Shown here: piece after piece, positions 1 to 11,272 of the stretch
How positions within the stretch are numbered: the stretch's first letter is position 1
Layout: each line of letters opens with the position of its first letter
Virus record (IMG/VR): IMGVR_UViG_3300030098_003955
Source of the DNA: a virus
Length of the DNA stretch: 64,000 bases
Direction: 5' to 3' (one strand)
Program-made: the position numbers and the translations under genes
Notes under the pieces: model-generated
The model's input: the letters and a program-made list of their open reading frames with translations, nothing else
Told to the model about the DNA's origin: nothing
The model's database searches: none

Positions 1-1
1 G

Positions 2-3000
2 CTGAGCTCCGCAATGGGCGATCTCGTCTAGTCCTAAATTGTTAACTCCTAACAATCCACTATGCGCTCTAGAAGAAGAATCAATTGCAATATCATCAAG
101 AGTTCCGTTTGGTTGAACTATCTTAGTAGTAGTACTTCTCAAGAACCTCTTAGTCTTGTCCGTGACATATCCAACAACACCAATGTCTGCTTTTGACAGT
201 ATCTCAACCGCGCTACTGACTTTGGTGATATCGTAGAGTTCTCTTTGGAATAGTTGATCGGTCTCAACATCTGGCAAGAATGGAGAGAGAAAGGCTTCTC
301 CTACTTTCTTTGTACCGTCCATTCCAGAGTAAAATCCCATAGAATTATGGTCAGAATCAAATAGCTGTGTTGGATTTTGTGAATGCTGAATTGGGTATTC
401 AACAAGGCCTTTTTTGTCTAAAGGATCGTATTTAGCTGACTTTTTATTAAACCCAAATCTATCTGCGTTGTCTAAAGGATTTCTGCTGTATTTTGCTAGT
501 CTAGTAAAGTCTTGTTCAAAGTCTGTCTGATGCTCCCAACCAATGACAAACGCCTTGGTGTCGAGAACTCTTACAATATGCTCTCCATCTAATCCAAACA
601 ACTCTCCATTGGAATCCTCTCTAGCGCAGAGAGGGCAGTGCGTAACATCTTCTTCTCCTTCTGTTTTCTCTACTTCGCAGTCTTGGCAGAAGTTTTCATC
701 TAGACATCCTTTCTCTGTCCTAAACGCCTCTATCTGTGCTTGATTTCTACAGAACACAGGACATCCCTGCTCATAATCATAAGCACTCTCTATGCTTGCG
801 TCAGGCCCCCAGCTTCCACCAAGAGTGACTTCGCATATGGTTTTGTCTATCGTGTTAGCCTTAATTGTCACGCCAGCTATGTCTAGGACGCCACTATACC
901 ACACAAGATCAGGGTCTTTCTTGCAGTCCGCTTCGGTGATATTAAAGACAGTTCCAAAGCCATCTTTTTCATAGCATCCTGTATCCTTGGCGTCTGAAAT
1001 TACAGACCCATCGACAGTACAAGCTGCATCGTAGCATCTATTGCCACTTATTGTAATAAGTTCGTTGTCTAGTAAGTCATGATGTCCTAGTACATGGACG
1101 ACAGTACCTAAGAATTTAGGAACCCAATATCCTCCAAGTGTAGTGCATTCTGTCCTTGTTAACGCTCTGTCAGGATCTGAAAGTTCTACATGATTCTCGA
1201 ATAAGCAACTTCCGTTATCGCCAGTATCATAAACATTTTCGATTCTTTCAATGCTAATATGCTTATTACCAATACCTGTAGTCGGATCATAAGGAACTAC
1301 AGAAGTGTAGTAAGTTCCATTAATTGAATCTTCTAAGTTAAGATTATGAGCAGTAGGTATCAATCCTACTCTAGAGTGATTGACGCCTAGCCCAAACCCT
1401 ACTCCAAAGGAATCTCCAACGTGAGTTTTTCCGGGTGTTTTGCCTCCACCAAAAGCCTGACTACCTACTTGCTGGGAACTCTGTACCGGCATTGGCATTG
1501 GATAATTACCATAAGGTGCAGGTAGTTGTAGTTTCTTTACAAAGAATGCCTCTGCTGGCTGTGGATCACCGTATTCATCTACCGGAATAAACTCTTCATA
1601 AATGGCGAACTGCCTGAAGTAAGCATTGTTATTAGTCATTAGCCCAGTCGCATCGTCAACCTTTATGGTTGTGTATGCTGGAAGCTGTATTCCAAACGAT
1701 GATGCTCCTCTAGTATCTTTGATTTCATCAACTAGTCTAGCATTTCCAGAGATGTAAGGATTTTTACTTTTCTTATCTATACTACTTCCATTGTAGCTCC
1801 CGGTTTCGGCTTCAAACTTTTCAGCCTTGCCAACACTTACAAGAGTACCTTCGCCATAGCTACAGCTTTCCCTGTTATCTATATGTAGTAAGTCATAACT
1901 TTCTTCATCATTCTCTATTCTTTCTACCCAAAAGACCCTTCTGTTTAGAGTTGGTTTTTTAGGATAATAAGGAGAAGAGGAAAAATTCCACATCTCATTT
2001 TGGCCTTGATGAGTGTCTGCCTGCATTGGGAACGCTGCGGCTGCACTATATTCATATAAATGACCACTGTAGTCATCTACTATTCTTCCACTAATAAACT
2101 CGCACCCTCCAGTACACGGTGGCCTTACGTCGCAGTGTTGTCCGGGAATGCTATGACAACTTTGTTTAGTGCAAGAATATCCACTTTCTATCATCTCCTC
2201 TCTTGTTACGCACAAGAAAGGAGTTTCTACTACATTTGATATAGCATCGCCAATTTTGTTTCCTTTATCATCTACTACATCTTCGTATTCATATTTAATT
2301 ACTACATCAGGACACTGGCTATTAGCTGGAGCAGCAGAGATAGCAGAGGTGTTACAAGCAACACCACAATGAATAACATCCATTTCTAAATTTAATCTTG
2401 GATCTGAATACGTTCTATCTTCCCCAAGAGCATCAGGTGGTATTTGACCATTAAGAGTTTCAAATAGCCCAACTTCAGGACCGCACTGAGCTACAAGGCG
2501 GAAGAAATGACCATCCCTATTGCTTGTAGGTCTAGGAAGATCATTAGATTTTTCATATAGGCCGCATCCATAATCGTTCGACGGGCAGCTTCCACAGTCT
2601 GCGTTTCTTACAACGTCGTGGTTTCCTGCTCTCACTTTGCTCCTTGGAGGACACTGGAATACATCTCCGTTTACGACAAACTGATTAGATTTTATATTGC
2701 TGGGACTAACACCCCCGACCAGCACTGGCTCAAATTCAGTCTTATAAAAATCACTCCAACAACAATATTGCTTTTCTACATTTGGGACGCGGAAAGTCTC
2801 ACAGTTTTGACCCCCTACATACTCGCCTTTTCTTACTCCTTGTCCATCAAATTCAAACCTTTCTTTTGCTCCCATCAAAGCCCAATCGCTTCTCCAAGCA
2901 GAATCGGTGTACTTCAGATCTATAGTCTTAGATTGGCCAAAGCCTAAACATCCTACCGTTGGAGCATATATGTCCGCATAACAATGAAATCCGTCGTCGG

Positions 3001-6000
3001 CAGCTCCCATTTCATTTATGTTAGGACAGCCATCTATACCTCCATGTAGACCAGAAGCAACAACGTTTTGGTTTATATCACATCTATTCTTGATTTCATT
3101 TCCAGCATTGTCTTGCTCACAATTAATTGCCACAGTAGGATTTGGGAAAAATTCAGTTCCTCCACATCTATGATCTTTCTGACCTCTACAAAATCTAGGA
3201 GTTACATTTGTCTCTACGCACGATGGCTCGCAGGCAAAAGGCCTGTTGTTTGGATATCCTATGCACGGATCACAAACAGGATCTCCTCCGCCAGCATTAC
3301 TCATCCAATCACAGCCAGCATTGTTACAATCCGTTCTCGTCGATTGTCCGCTACAAGCAAATGGATCTGGACTGTTATTACCTTCTACACATTCACCACA
3401 GTTTTCAAAGACGTCAGTAGGGTCCATTCCCGGATCTGTAAAGCAAACATCTTGAGGTATTTCACAAGTTATATTCTGTGCTGTATGACTTCCATTCGCA
3501 TATAAAGTTGCGACATGGCACCCCATCCACTCTTCAATGGTAGGATAGTCTTTTTTACAAGGGTCATCTACTGCGGTGTCTCCCGGAATACAGTCCTCAA
3601 GACAACAAGGATGACTAGATCTAGACAAATGTTGGTGGGGAATGTTTCTCAGTTGGTCAGAAGGTCTAGCACAGAATTTCTTCTGAGCGTCACATCTTAA
3701 TGAAGCATAGGTTTGTTGTAGATAAGAAATCTCATCGTCATATATTTTTTTAGCGACATGGCAAGTGGACGATGGATCAGAGGAGCAAGGTACAGACTCA
3801 CACTTACAAGTCTTGCCTTCTATTTCCACATACTTATAATTAGGAGCAACGCAGTCAACTTTTTCAATTCCGTTGGCTCTACTTCCATCAGAAACGTTTG
3901 TACAGAAACCTTGCTTATTGTTGTCTGTACATTCTTGCATTGTGCTATATTCTTGCGCATTACAAGACAAGGAAGCGGATAAGTTGATTGCAGCAAAAGC
4001 GTCACTCACTTCTTGCTGGATATCACTTTCTCTACACAGTCTGTACTCACTTATTTTAAGGCCGTACTCATCTAATTGATTGGTAGTATGGTAGCCAACA
4101 GCATTGAATCCATCACATGAATTAAATCCACAACCATCATCAGTATATAGGTCGTTCAATATACTTGTACTTACAGAGCCTATAGTCGCACTGATGGTAT
4201 CAGGCAAAAAGTGATCGCAGCATACGGGGCATGTCTCTTTGTGCTCTACATAAACATAATAATCATCAGCAGGAGGCTCATTTATCAGAGAGCTTCCAGT
4301 CCAGCCTTTGAAATATCCATTCTTATTTTGTCCAATACCATAAACATCCTCAGTACGTATAAGTCCATCTGCGTAGTGATTCCAAGTTCCGCTCCAAGGA
4401 ACATTACCTAGAATTTCTATCTGACCTCCTTGGATGATGCTCGCTCCGCAGGTCATAGATACTTGAGGATCATTGGTCAGAACAAACTCATTCTGATTGT
4501 ACGATGTGTCGTCTTGGCCAGCTACTACTTCTCCGGTTATGTGATGTTTAATACTTGATAGGGTAGTCCCGTCTGAAGATGTGGGCCCTGAGTAAGTAAC
4601 ATCTTCACAACCCCTTGGACAACAAGTGTCATTCATAGCTTTGCATGAAGTAAACTTCAGTCCAGCTCCGCTGAATGTAAATATTGTAGAAGGACAGAAA
4701 TTATTAGAAAGGAATTGAGATATTCTTTCTGTAGATTCTAAAGTATTGCCGTCGCAGGTAAACAAAGAGAAATGGTCTTTATCTACTTGCTTTTGTACTA
4801 AAAATTCAGCAGGAGCAGGATCACCATTTTCTTTGGTTGCAAAAGAGCACATAGGCTCTCCGTCAATCCTAAAGCTACAGGCAGGTTTGCAGGCGCTTTC
4901 CCTATCAATCCATTCACATAAGCCACCTCCAATGTCTGGTCTAGAAGCTGCCAAAGTGCCGCAATCAAGTTGATTCCTAGCCATATCACAATTTGGATAT
5001 TCAGCCGAAGGAACTTTAGAAACACATTTATAAAGAGAAGCTGCGGTAGATGGCTCGCATTGAGGAGGATGCCATTTATATATTGGTGGCCAACACGCTT
5101 CTTCAGAAACGTTAACACCACCTCCAGTGGAAAGGTCTTCACACCAACCCTGAGCTTCTTCTACGCCACAACCAGAATCGGCACTAGCATAACAAATCCC
5201 AAGTATATCAGGACCAAGTATTTTTTCAGGATTACTGCAACTGACAGTGGTCAATCCTGCGGGAAGACCCATGCATGGATTACCATCATCATCAACTCCA
5301 CAATTTTGTTTTAGATGCTCTAGGTCTAAAGGTTTAAATGGATTGTCTTCGAGGAACTTAGAAAAGCTTCCAATGTCGTCATGCTTGCATCCTCCAGCAC
5401 CCTTCCTTAAATAGTCATAAGGACATTCAACCAGAGGCCATATTTGATCATCAGGACCATGTTTCTTTAAGTCATATTTTTCTGCTTCTTTTTTAATTAT
5501 CCTAGAAGCCTTGCCAGTGCCATCAGATTCTAAAGCTGCATGGAACTCAGTCTCAATCCAGTCTTTCTTGAATATAGGCGCGTTTACTACAAAGTTTCCA
5601 TACACAGGGTCGTTGTTGATATAACCAATCTGCAACTTTGTTGGGTAAGAGGGGAGCTTATGATTGCTTGATTTTACAATAACAGGGTCTGTCAGGCTTG
5701 CGTGTTCGACATATCCAAATAGCTGATTGCCTTTGCATGAGTCTGCTTCATAACTAGAGCTTTTATGCTCTGGCCATAATCCAGTTTCTCCCCAGTATTT
5801 GAGAGAGTCTTCTTTTCTCTTAGTTATAAAGGATACATCCCTTCCTAAGAGAGATCCAAATGTGTCTGCGTCACTTACCGTGCCTTCTCTATACAGAACA
5901 GATAAAGATTCTGGGCTTAAAAATTCAGCCTCTTGACATCGACTGTCGTCTGATGTGCTTTTACATGTGTATCCTACGGTAGCTCCTTGAATGTAGGTTG

Positions 6001-9000
6001 CTCCGCCGGACTTCCAAGCATCATACCAAGAACAGTTGAGCTCTGTGGCTGGCTTACAAGTTCCCACATGACCGGGTTCGGGAGCGTTCCCATTAGCATC
6101 AAGGAAGTCTTGCCAGACACAGCATGTATAGTCAATCCCATCGCTGTCAGTACCGGAAAGGTTTTCACATTTGTTCTGATTGTTGTTTGCTGGGTCTGTA
6201 GGACTGGCCATTCCGCCACTCGTATTTGCAGAGACCCCGTTTGTGAACTGCCCACAGTTAAGACCACATATAGCAGTCTTTGCATTGCAGTCTGTTCTTG
6301 CTTGATTTCCAGTAGTTCCAATATCTATGAAAAATGCTTGGCATTTTGTTCGAGCATAGGTTTCAAAGGGTATCGAGTGGCGTACTACTTGGCCAGCACC
6401 AACGGCAGGTTGATCTTGTGTAGCTTCACAAATTTCCGTACCTACTGCGGCGACATCGCAATACCCACACTCATCAGGATCATCTATAGCGGCGAAAGAA
6501 AGCCCTTCTTCTTTATGACCATTAATAAATAGCTTATCGCTATAAGCAAGATCTAATTCGTTACATTTACTTCCATCGCCACCTTCTTCTATAGGGGGAC
6601 AATGCCCAGCCAGAGGAGTCTTAATCTCGGCAATAGTTGGTGTTGGTTCGCAGAACAAGTCTGGGCAATCACACTCTGATTCACATCTTTCTAAGGTTGT
6701 TTTCTTGTCTAGTAAGTCTTTCTCTGGCTTATAAAGATTTCCCAAGCCTATATCATTACAGTTGTCTGGGTCCTTTGGAAGACAAACACCACCCATCAAT
6801 CTGCATCTTGCAACTGGGCAAACTCCAGTACGGAGATATTCAGCGCCGCAGTTTTGCGTTGGGAAACAAGCAAGCTCTTGACCTATGGAAGGATCTGGAT
6901 GATATTCCATCGCCCATACGCTGTGTACGGTGCAATTTCTATCAGTCAACCCAATGTTGTTTTGAATTCTGTAATTTGAGATATCAACAGACAAAAGCTC
7001 ACAGGCGTCATGATCCATTACCGGACTGAAAGAGCTACCATTATTCCAATTGGTTGGGTCGTATTGCTTCTCATTGCCTACCATTTTGAAACATCTTCTA
7101 GTTTGAGGGTCGTACTCAACTAGAGGGTCTGTATTTCCAAAGCTGTCTTTGCATAAATATGCAACAAAGTCATGATCGAACCAGTAGGCAAGTCCTCTGT
7201 TTATTGACAAAGGAGAATAAGATGTCGCTCCGTGACATGGAGAAAACCCAAACGATCCGGGATCAGCATCCTCTGCGTCTACAACTTGTTGGATAGCCAG
7301 ATTTCGAGCATTGTCACTCGAAGCAGTTTTACCAATACATAAGTGATATTGGTCAAGGTCAAACTTTGCTTGTGCTAGTGTTTTGTATTTTAATGATTTG
7401 TGTTCAGTAGCCTTAAAGGGCTGTGGTTGCAGATTGAGGTTTCTTAGCCTAAAGTCTCCGACAGCATGATGGCTTCTGTTAAGAATGTTTGTATATGGAT
7501 AAATACCAACAACGTTACATTTGACTTGTTTTGCTAGGTTTGGAGAAAGGCAAGTGTAGTATGGGTCAGGATCAAAAGGATTGTTTTCGTCATGGAGTTT
7601 CCAACAGTTGCCATCTGCGTCAGGGCCAAGATCACAGTTTCCTAAGTTGGCGAGTCCTTCACACTTAGTATCAACCCAAATAGACTCAGCAGCTTCGCAC
7701 GCAGATCTAGTTGTAGACTTACCGTCTTGGCAAGAGCCATCACAATCAGCAGGAACGTAACTTGACTCAACCTCATCGCAATGGTCTGGACATGTTGGCT
7801 CGTGCCATAGGTAGACAGGACCAAGGCAATCTTCTTTTTCTATTGGTACAGTTACACCAGTCGCTACTTCTTCACAAAATCCATCTAAAGGAAGTTCGTG
7901 AAATCCACCCTTCGGCGATGTTGGGTTTTCTGGATCAGGGTCTCCCTTACATCCAGCACCTCCTGAAAGAACAAAGTCTAGACCCCAAGCTGATTCTGGA
8001 TAGTAGGCAACAGAACAAGCAGTACCGCCGGTTTCGCCACAAAAATCTGGGTTTGGATGAGAAAGCCCTAGATCAGACAAAAACGCCTCGCTAGGACATC
8101 CCGGATAATCCGCAAGCTTATTGTCACCTATTTGCCTAATTCCATCTGTTTCAATTCTGTATTCGTTGGTGCCAGTAACTAAAAAGGGAATTTGTCTTAC
8201 AAATCCGGGCCTTCCAAAATCTTTGTCAACATCCTCATTTAGGCAATAACAAAAGTCTTCGTTGTCTAAAGGCCTTCCCGGAAATGCAACTCCAAAGTGC
8301 CTATATCCACTATGGTCTTGGTAAGGAACCATATTTAGGTTATCAAAGCAACCGTAATAGTAATCACCGCCTTCTTCTATTCCAGTGCATTCTTTGTTCC
8401 CATCATTTACAAAGTATGTACCGTCTATATCAATAGCGTGACCTTCGGGATTATCTTGGTCAGGTGACTTTTTCCAACATGTCGCACTAGGAGTGCAGCC
8501 AGTAGGGCAAGAATCTTTGTTGTCATAAATGTCTGGAGGATTGCCGACGTTGGTGCAACCGCCGCCAACGTTAGCTTCTGAATCCACAAGAAGATCTCTA
8601 GGAATCCAACCTTTTCTAAATCCTATACTATCTACTTCACTAGCAAAGAAATTACTAGTACTTGCAAATTGATCTGTGGGAATTTGTAGTACTGTGGTTC
8701 TTCCTAGTAAGTGTTCTTTTACCTCGCAAGTACCAAAATTTGTCCACTTCTCAGTAGCCGACGCTGGCCCATTGCCACACTCAGATTGTTTTCTTGGATT
8801 TCCGTCATCATCTTGCAGGCACATGCCAGTGCCCTCTCCTGTAGATGGATCTAATTTCTCACAGCAAGATCCCTCAGTTTTCCAGTAGCAAGGATTTGTT
8901 GATATACCGTTATCATAAACAGTATGCTCACCACAAGTTTCAATTTCTTGAACACCACAATCTTTGATAACACTTTGCGAAACGCAGTTGCCGTAATAAT

Positions 9001-11269
9001 CACAGCCCCTAATCGCCAAGTTAAAAAAGCCAGTCTCCTCATCAGTAGCTTCAAGATGATAATAGTTTCTATCATAGATGTTTTTTATTCCCTGACAGGA
9101 ACCATCAGCTTGGAATACTACTTCTTTATGTGGACTATAGCAGACTTGATTGTATTTCAGTCCAGATACATCTCCTTCTGCATCCATGTGCGGTATATGA
9201 TGAGGGCTATCATCACTTAAGGCTACTCCACCACAGCAACTACTAGCGTCTGAAATTCCTATCTCCCAATCAGGAGTCCAGTAAACGCTACTACTTCCAA
9301 CAACCTCTCTATAAGCAAGACATTGGTATTTATCTATGAAGGCCTCGGCAGTATTATGAAATCCGCCTTCTCCTAAGCTATAACATTGAGGCCCAATACC
9401 TAATCCAGAAGAAGGATCTGTTTCACCCCTATCTTCGTAAGAGCACTGGTCACTAGACTTACAAAGATCGGCGCTAGTAAGGTCTCCACAAGCTACAGTG
9501 ACACAGCTAGTTCCTGACTCCAAGTCTTCCCAAGCCAGCCAAGTCATTAGGTCGTAGTTTACATTTTTTTCATACTTATCGTAGTGTACAGTCTCATAAG
9601 TAGTAGGACTTGATATCGTTATAGGTTTTTTGCAGCATCTAGACTTTGCAGTACACTCAGATTCTGTAGGCCTTACAGCTTGAACTATATAACCCTTGGT
9701 GACTCCATCCGTCGTCTCGAAGCCTTGAGGGCAATTATCTGGAGTGAATTCTGTAGCAGGGACATAGCCAACCTGAGAGTTGTAGTACATACACTTAGAT
9801 AGAAGAAGCTCTCCATCGGCAACAACACCTTCTTCTTCTCTCCATTGTGTACATATGCCATTTGGGTCAAATTCCTCACAAGCGTTTTGCCAACCCTTAA
9901 GAGACATCGTGACAGTCTCTTTTTTATCTTTTATATATACGCCACTAACGCCATCAAAATTACTCTTTTGGCCGTCTACACTACAATAGTTTGGAAATCT
10001 TCTAGGAGCGACTCCATCCTCAATACAACCTATCCTCAAATCTCTTTCATCTTTTAAGGAGTAAATGGTTCTTGTTGGAAGATGAACCGTAGCTATGTTA
10101 TCTACTACGTTGTCAGATTCAGGCGAGCTTAAAGAGTTGAATGAAAAAGAGGTTGCTGCCTTGTCAGTCTTATTATGAAATATTCCGGGAGGCAAATCTC
10201 CGATAATATCATATGAAGGGAGGGTATAGTTGAGCGTCGCTAGACCAGCGATTTGAGAAAATGTGTACTGAGCTTCTCTGTATCTTGAGGACTTACCTAC
10301 AGGGTCTTGATTGGTCCTATTAACGCTTCTAGCTCTATCGTCTACATCATTACTAACATCATCTCTAAAGACAAAAGATGGTCTGTGTATGCCACCACCA
10401 CCAGAGAAAGAACAGTCAGACCTTTGACCAGTCACATCAAAGTTTACGATTTCGCCGTTTACCAAGTTTGGCTCTATGTGTTGTACCGACGCTAGAGCTC
10501 CACCACTTATTCGGAGAGCGTCAATCGTAGTTACCGAGCACGGCTCACAGCCACTCCAGTCTTTTATTTTTGACGTTACAGCGAACTCGCCCGGAGATGT
10601 CTCCTCATAAGCGTCTGCGTCTGGATGGCATTGAGTTTTATTAGTCTCAAGGTCTCCTGTGCCAATGTCACCATCTACATAACCCCATTTGCACTGCATT
10701 CCTAAAGTCTTGAGTGCTCCGCACTGCTCTTCGCCCGCCTTTCCTCCGTCTTCATCATTGCCACTTTTGTCTGCAAGTTCGCAGGCTGGCCTGCACATCT
10801 TTGGAGCTTCTTTTCCACGATCTGGACCAGATCTAATTATTAAGTTTGGGACACTGCCCCATTTGCAAGAGACTCTATCATTACACTCATCTTCATCTGT
10901 TATGTTAGAGCATTCGACAGGCCATTCAAAGTATGGATAATCTCCAGCTGGTTCTACATAGAAAACTCTAGTGTCAGAATCAAAGCAACACTTTCTGCCC
11001 CTCCAAGCTCCATTTGAATATTTGACATCAAATCTTTCAGCTTGGCCTAGTTGTATTTTCTTCCTAGCCTCATCTCTAGAACCAGCTTTGACAATTGACA
11101 AAACCAATTCTTGAGGCAGTATGGGTTGATATCCAGTGAGATTGTTTGAGCACTGTTGTATACAACCACATCCTATATTGCAAGGATGATGAGTGTTATG
11201 ACTTCGACGGCCTGTTGACCTGTTGACAAGACCGGGCCAAGAGGTGTCAAAGTTGTCTCCTATTGTCAT
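2..11269 (-). CDS. Giant cysteine-rich putative tail-tip/adhesin protein, >=3756 aa, 3' end beyond the window
   Basis: ATG at 11269, 3 nt after the TAG of 11273..13324, translating MTIGDNFDTSWPGLVNRSTGRRSHNTHHPCNIGCGCIQQC. Hand-translated samples of this frame (2-360, ~1020-1110, ~1620-1680, ~5640-5720, ~6540-6640, ~8460-8580, ~9780-9900) have no stops. The track lists no minus-strand ORF in this frame, as expected if no stop occurs inside the window. Confidence 0.9.
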   Translation of the reverse strand, partial: MTIGDNFDTSWPGLVNRSTGRRSHNTHHPCNIGCGCIQQCSNNLTGYQPILPQELVLSIVKAGSRDEARKKIQLGQAERFDVKYSNGAWRGRKCCFDSDTRVFYVEPAGDYPYFEWPVECSNITDEDECNDRVSCKWGSVPNLIIRSGPDRGKEAPKMCRPACELADKSGNDEDGGKAGEEQCGALKTLGMQCKWGYVDGDIGTGDLETNKTQCHPDADAYEETSPGEFAVTSKIKDWSGCEPCSVTTIDALRISGGALASVQHIEPNLVNGEIVNFDVTGQRSDCSFSGGGGIHRPSFVFRDDVSNDVDDRARSVNRTNQDPVGKSSRYREAQYTFSQIAGLATLNYTLPSYDIIGDLPPGIFHNKTDKAATSFSFNSLSSPESDNVVDNIATVHLPTRTIYSLKDERDLRIGCIEDGVAPRRFPNYCSVDGQKSNFDGVSGVYIKDKKETVTMSLKGWQNACEEFDPNGICTQWREEEGVVADGELLLSKCMYYNSQVGYVPATEFTPDNCPQGFETTDGVTKGYIVQAVRPTESECTAKSRCCKKPITISSPTTYETVHYDKYEKNVNYDLMTWLAWEDLESGTSCVTVACGDLTSADLCKSSDQCSYEDRGETDPSSGLGIGPQCYSLGEGGFHNTAEAFIDKYQCLAYREVVGSSSVYWTPDWEIGISDASSCCGGVALSDDSPHHIPHMDAEGDVSGLKYNQVCYSPHKEVVFQADGSCQGIKNIYDRNYYHLEATDEETGFFNLAIRGCDYYGNCVSQSVIKDCGVQEIETCGEHTVYDNGISTNPCYWKTEGSCCEKLDPSTGEGTGMCLQDDDGNPRKQSECGNGPASATEKWTNFGTCEVKEHLLGRTTVLQIPTDQFASTSNFFASEVDSIGFRKGWIPRDLLVDSEANVGGGCTNVGNPPDIYDNKDSCPTGCTPSATCWKKSPDQDNPEGHAIDIDGTYFVNDGNKECTGIEEGGDYYYGCFDNLNMVPYQDHSGYRHFGVAFPGRPLDNEDFCYCLNEDVDKDFGRPGFVRQIPFLVTGTNEYRIETDGIRQIGDNKLADYPGCPSEAFLSDLGLSHPNPDFCGETGGTACSVAYYPESAWGLDFVLSGGAGCKGDPDPENPTSPKGGFHELPLDGFCEEVATGVTVPIEKEDCLGPVYLWHEPTCPDHCDEVESSYVPADCDGSCQDGKSTTRSACEAAESIWVDTKCEGLANLGNCDLGPDADGNCWKLHDENNPFDPDPYYTCLSPNLAKQVKCNVVGIYPYTNILNRSHHAVGDFRLRNLNLQPQPFKATEHKSLKYKTLAQAKFDLDQYHLCIGKTASSDNARNLAIQQVVDAEDADPGSFGFSPCHGATSYSPLSINRGLAYWFDHDFVAYLCKDSFGNTDPLVEYDPQTRRCFKMVGNEKQYDPTNWNNGSSFSPVMDHDACELLSVDISNYRIQNNIGLTDRNCTVHSVWAMEYHPDPSIGQELACFPTQNCGAEYLRTGVCPVARCRLMGGVCLPKDPDNCNDIGLGNLYKPEKDLLDKKTTLERCESECDCPDLFCEPTPTIAEIKTPLAGHCPPIEEGGDGSKCNELDLAYSDKLFINGHKEEGLSFAAIDDPDECGYCDVAAVGTEICEATQDQPAVGAGQVVRHSIPFETYARTKCQAFFIDIGTTGNQARTDCNAKTAICGLNCGQFTNGVSANTSGGMASPTDPANNNQNKCENLSGTDSDGIDYTCCVWQDFLDANGNAPEPGHVGTCKPATELNCSWYDAWKSGGATYIQGATVGYTCKSTSDDSRCQEAEFLSPESLSVLYREGTVSDADTFGSLLGRDVSFITKRKEDSLKYWGETGLWPEHKSSSYEADSCKGNQLFGYVEHASLTDPVIVKSSNHKLPSYPTKLQIGYINNDPVYGNFVVNAPIFKKDWIETEFHAALESDGTGKASRIIKKEAEKYDLKKHGPDDQIWPLVECPYDYLRKGAGGCKHDDIGSFSKFLEDNPFKPLDLEHLKQNCGVDDDGNPCMGLPAGLTTVSCSNPEKILGPDILGICYASADSGCGVEEAQGWCEDLSTGGGVNVSEEACWPPIYKWHPPQCEPSTAASLYKCVSKVPSAEYPNCDMARNQLDCGTLAASRPDIGGGLCEWIDRESACKPACSFRIDGEPMCSFATKENGDPAPAEFLVQKQVDKDHFSLFTCDGNTLESTERISQFLSNNFCPSTIFTFSGAGLKFTSCKAMNDTCCPRGCEDVTYSGPTSSDGTTLSSIKHHITGEVVAGQDDTSYNQNEFVLTNDPQVSMTCGASIIQGGQIEILGNVPWSGTWNHYADGLIRTEDVYGIGQNKNGYFKGWTGSSLINEPPADDYYVYVEHKETCPVCCDHFLPDTISATIGSVSTSILNDLYTDDGCGFNSCDGFNAVGYHTTNQLDEYGLKISEYRLCRESDIQQEVSDAFAAINLSASLSCNAQEYSTMQECTDNNKQGFCTNVSDGSRANGIEKVDCVAPNYKYVEIEGKTCKCESVPCSSDPSSTCHVAKKIYDDEISYLQQTYASLRCDAQKKFCARPSDQLRNIPHQHLSRSSHPCCLEDCIPGDTAVDDPCKKDYPTIEEWMGCHVATLYANGSHTAQNITCEIPQDVCFTDPGMDPTDVFENCGECVEGNNSPDPFACSGQSTRTDCNNAGCDWMSNAGGGDPVCDPCIGYPNNRPFACEPSCVETNVTPRFCRGQKDHRCGGTEFFPNPTVAINCEQDNAGNEIKNRCDINQNVVASGLHGGIDGCPNINEMGAADDGFHCYADIYAPTVGCLGFGQSKTIDLKYTDSAWRSDWALMGAKERFEFDGQGVRKGEYVGGQNCETFRVPNVEKQYCCWSDFYKTEFEPVLVGGVSPSNIKSNQFVVNGDVFQCPPRSKVRAGNHDVVRNADCGSCPSNDYGCGLYEKSNDLPRPTSNRDGHFFRLVAQCGPEVGLFETLNGQIPPDALGEDRTYSDPRLNLEMDVIHCGVACNTSAISAAPANSQCPDVVIKYEYEDVVDDKGNKIGDAISNVVETPFLCVTREEMIESGYSCTKQSCHSIPGQHCDVRPPCTGGCEFISGRIVDDYSGHLYEYSAAAAFPMQADTHQGQNEMWNFSSSPYYPKKPTLNRRVFWVERIENDEESYDLLHIDNRESCSYGEGTLVSVGKAEKFEAETGSYNGSSIDKKSKNPYISGNARLVDEIKDTRGASSFGIQLPAYTTIKVDDATGLMTNNNAYFRQFAIYEEFIPVDEYGDPQPAEAFFVKKLQLPAPYGNYPMPMPVQSSQQVGSQAFGGGKTPGKTHVGDSFGVGFGLGVNHSRVGLIPTAHNLNLEDSINGTYYTSVVPYDPTTGIGNKHISIERIENVYDTGDNGSCLFENHVELSDPDRALTRTECTTLGGYWVPKFLGTVVHVLGHHDLLDNELITISGNRCYDAACTVDGSVISDAKDTGCYEKDGFGTVFNITEADCKKDPDLVWYSGVLDIAGVTIKANTIDKTICEVTLGGSWGPDASIESAYDYEQGCPVFCRNQAQIEAFRTEKGCLDENFCQDCEVEKTEGEEDVTHCPLCAREDSNGELFGLDGEHIVRVLDTKAFVIGWEHQTDFEQDFTRLAKYSRNPLDNADRFGFNKKSAKYDPLDKKGLVEYPIQHSQNPTQLFDSDHNSMGFYSGMDGTKKVGEAFLSPFLPDVETDQLFQRELYDITKVSSAVEILSKADIGVVGYVTDKTKRFLRSTTTKIVQPNGTLDDIAIDSSSRAHSGLLGVNNLGLDEIAHCGAQ

Positions 11270-11272
11270 TCT

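Noticed and set aside
1-11270. Apparent gene desert suggesting stop-codon recoding, pseudogenes or non-coding DNA
   Set aside because: Explained by one standard-code minus-strand ORF that runs off the window. Other genes end normally in TAA, TAG and TGA.
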